The notes under the pieces were generated by a model. The model had not been told where the DNA came from and ran no database searches. It saw only the letters and a program-made list of their open reading frames with translations. DNA of 62,503 nucleotides, filler included. It is 8 parts of 8 records of this genome, joined end to end, with 100 filler letters (N's around TTAATTAATTAA, not from the genome) between each part and the next. Parts side by side here need not be neighbours in the genome. Positions count along the whole stretch, not along the records: positions 58,109 to 62,503 come from SRR20825010_716; 7 more parts are not named here. One strand, given 5' to 3'. The position numbers and the translations under genes were made by a program. The stretch's first letter is position 1. Each line of letters starts with the position of its first letter. Shown here in pieces: positions 61,014 through 62,503 of the stretch.

Positions 61014-61267
61014 ATGTGAAGGTGCGGTTTTTTGCCAGTTTAAAAGAACAGTTCGGGCGTGACAGCGTGGTGGTAAATGCCCCTTTCGCACCCGCCACCG
61101 TGGCGGGTTTGCGCCAGCATCTTTGTGAGCAGCACCCCGGTTTTGCCAAAGCCATTGCCGAAGTAGGGCGCCTGCGCGCGGCGGTGAATCAAGACATGGC
61201 CGACGACGACACCCCCGTGGATGAGCAGGCCGAAGTGGCGTTTTTTCCACCGGTGACAGGGGGCTGA
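61010..61267 (+). CDS. moaD: Molybdopterin synthase sulfur carrier subunit
   Basis: V.FFASLKE, EVAFFPPVTGG C-terminus; start trimmed to MNVKV. Confidence 0.95.
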   Translation: MNVKVRFFASLKEQFGRDSVVVNAPFAPATVAGLRQHLCEQHPGFAKAIAEVGRLRAAVNQDMADDDTPVDEQAEVAFFPPVTGG

Positions 61268-61735
61268 ATGTTGCGTTCCAAAGTACAGGTGCAAGAAGCA
61301 GATTTTGACGTGTCCAGCGAAATTCGCTGGCTACGGGAAGGCTTGCCCGAAATTGGTGCGGTCGCTACTTTCATTGGCACCGTTCGGGACATCAACGAAA
61401 ACAGCACCGTGCGGGCCATGACCCTGGAACACTATCCGGGTATGACCGAAAAAGCCCTGGAAAACATTCTGAAAGTGGCCGATGAGCGGTTTGAAATTAC
61501 CTCTGCCATGATCATTCACCGCGTGGGTCCTTTGTACCCCGAGGATCAAATCGTGTTTGCAGCGGCCACCAGTGAGCATCGTCAACAGGCTTTTCTGGCC
61601 TGTGAATTCATCATGGATTATTTGAAAACCGAGGCACCTTTCTGGAAGAAGGAAGACACCCCGGAGGGCGCACGCTGGGTGTCGGCCCGCGACAGTGACG
61701 ATTCTGCCAAAGAACGCTGGGAGAAGGCCGATTGA
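61268..61735 (+). CDS. moaE: Molybdopterin synthase catalytic subunit
   Basis: GAVATF.G.VR, LEHYPGMT, HRVG, MDYLKT.APFWKKE. Confidence 0.96.
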   Translation: MLRSKVQVQEADFDVSSEIRWLREGLPEIGAVATFIGTVRDINENSTVRAMTLEHYPGMTEKALENILKVADERFEITSAMIIHRVGPLYPEDQIVFAAATSEHRQQAFLACEFIMDYLKTEAPFWKKEDTPEGARWVSARDSDDSAKERWEKAD

Positions 61736-62115
61736 ACGCACTCAATGCCTTGGCGGTATTTGTGGGTGCGGGCCTGGGTGGCGTGGGTCGCTATGGTTTG
61801 GGCGTGGTGCTGGCACAACCAGGTTGGTTGCCATTTGCTGTGGGTACCCTGGCTGTCAACCTGATTGGTGGTTTTTTGGCGGGCGCCCTGTTCGCAGCGC
61901 TGGGCCCGGTTTGGTTGAAAACGAACCCCATTGGTTTGTTCCTGATGACAGGCGTGCTGGGCGGATTGACCACGTTTTCAGCCTTTACCGCAGAAGGTGC
62001 CAACCTGTTGCTTGATAAACCCTTGTTGGCGTTGGGCCACGCGGCTGCCCATGTGCTGGGTTGTTTGGCCGCATTTGTTGTTGCGGGCAAGCTGTTTCAT
62101 TTTTTCGCACAATAA
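61732..62115 (+). CDS. crcB: Fluoride efflux channel Fluc
   Basis: GAG.G...RY, GTL.VNL.G, G.LGGLTTFS.F..E. Confidence 0.9.
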   Translation: MNALNALAVFVGAGLGGVGRYGLGVVLAQPGWLPFAVGTLAVNLIGGFLAGALFAALGPVWLKTNPIGLFLMTGVLGGLTTFSAFTAEGANLLLDKPLLALGHAAAHVLGCLAAFVVAGKLFHFFAQ

Positions 62116-62140
62116 ACCTGTCGATATCTTGTCCAGATGA

Positions 62141-62503
62141 TCAGTGTTTTTGACGTTTGGTAGCGGGCTCGATAAACCCCATGGGAACATCAAATATGGG
62201 AAAAAAGGCGGTAATTTTGTAGGGGGTGGTTTGAATTTTTTCGCCGATTTTTGCTCCCGAGCGGGCCAGTAACGAGGTCACCTCACCGGCCGTGTATCCG
62301 CCTTCGCCAATCAAATTCAACAAGTGATGTTTATTCTGAATCAAACCGAGAACGGCTTGTTCCACGTTGGCTTTGCCACCGTGCAGCATGCGGGAAATAT
62401 TTCTTGCCGAGAATTTCCCCTTGCCGATTAGTTCATGCAGGGCGTTTTTGTGCATGTGCAACGCTTGAACGGCCTGACCCAGACTGGCTCCACTACCATA
62501 TAA
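62141..62503 (-). CDS. 3' end of a protein with 39-aa tandem helical repeats
   Basis: Frame is open to the window end; two full 39-aa units and a degenerate third align. Confidence 0.65.
   Translation of the reverse strand, partial: LYGSGASLGQAVQALHMHKNALHELIGKGKFSARNISRMLHGGKANVEQAVLGLIQNKHHLLNLIGEGGYTAGEVTSLLARSGAKIGEKIQTTPYKITAFFPIFDVPMGFIEPATKRQKH

Noticed and set aside
61690-61735. Fluoride riboswitch upstream of crcB
   Set aside because: crcB overlaps the moaE stop, leaving no leader, and no motif is seen.

Overview
This window is not one locus. It is eight unrelated contigs joined by 100-nt artificial spacers (N44-TTAATTAATTAA-N44): 1-5697, 5798-10758, 10859-31662, 31763-37263, 37364-47360, 47461-50986, 51087-58008 and 58109-62503. 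Gene content and style suggest several proteobacteria (inferred, not searched): Alcanivorax-like (contigs 1, 3, 4), a Burkholderiales/Limnobacter-like betaproteobacterium (2, 8), Marinobacter-like (5) and two alphaproteobacteria (6, 7). Most genes are housekeeping or metabolic: hslV-SPOR-argS-priA-rpmE-maeB; etfAB, carbonic anhydrase, deacetylase, mltB, cysM; two TonB receptors with Fur-like boxes and lipid/amide catabolism genes; rimI-holD-like-leuA; pepN to nadK, fadH; Lhr/PdeM; ccmA-F, cls; mobB-moeA-moaDE-crcB. Best leads: (1) a stand-alone GIY-YIG nuclease gene bracketed by three CGTC-type/dRS3-like 27-bp hairpin repeats plus tandem half-repeats, a REPtron-like layout with a GIY-YIG in place of a RAYT transposase (56450-57059); (2) an unannotated Fur-boxed PrrF-like sRNA (about 39435-39523); (3) a 28-aa, 50% acidic small ORF just downstream of a tRNA-Asp end; (4) the tail of a protein with 39-aa TALE-reminiscent repeats at the window end; (5) a Tat-exported SphC/SphD-like pair coupled to a third PLP enzyme; (6) recurring CACGC/GCGTG periodic inverted arrays. 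All family assignments come from motif recognition only; no database searches were run.
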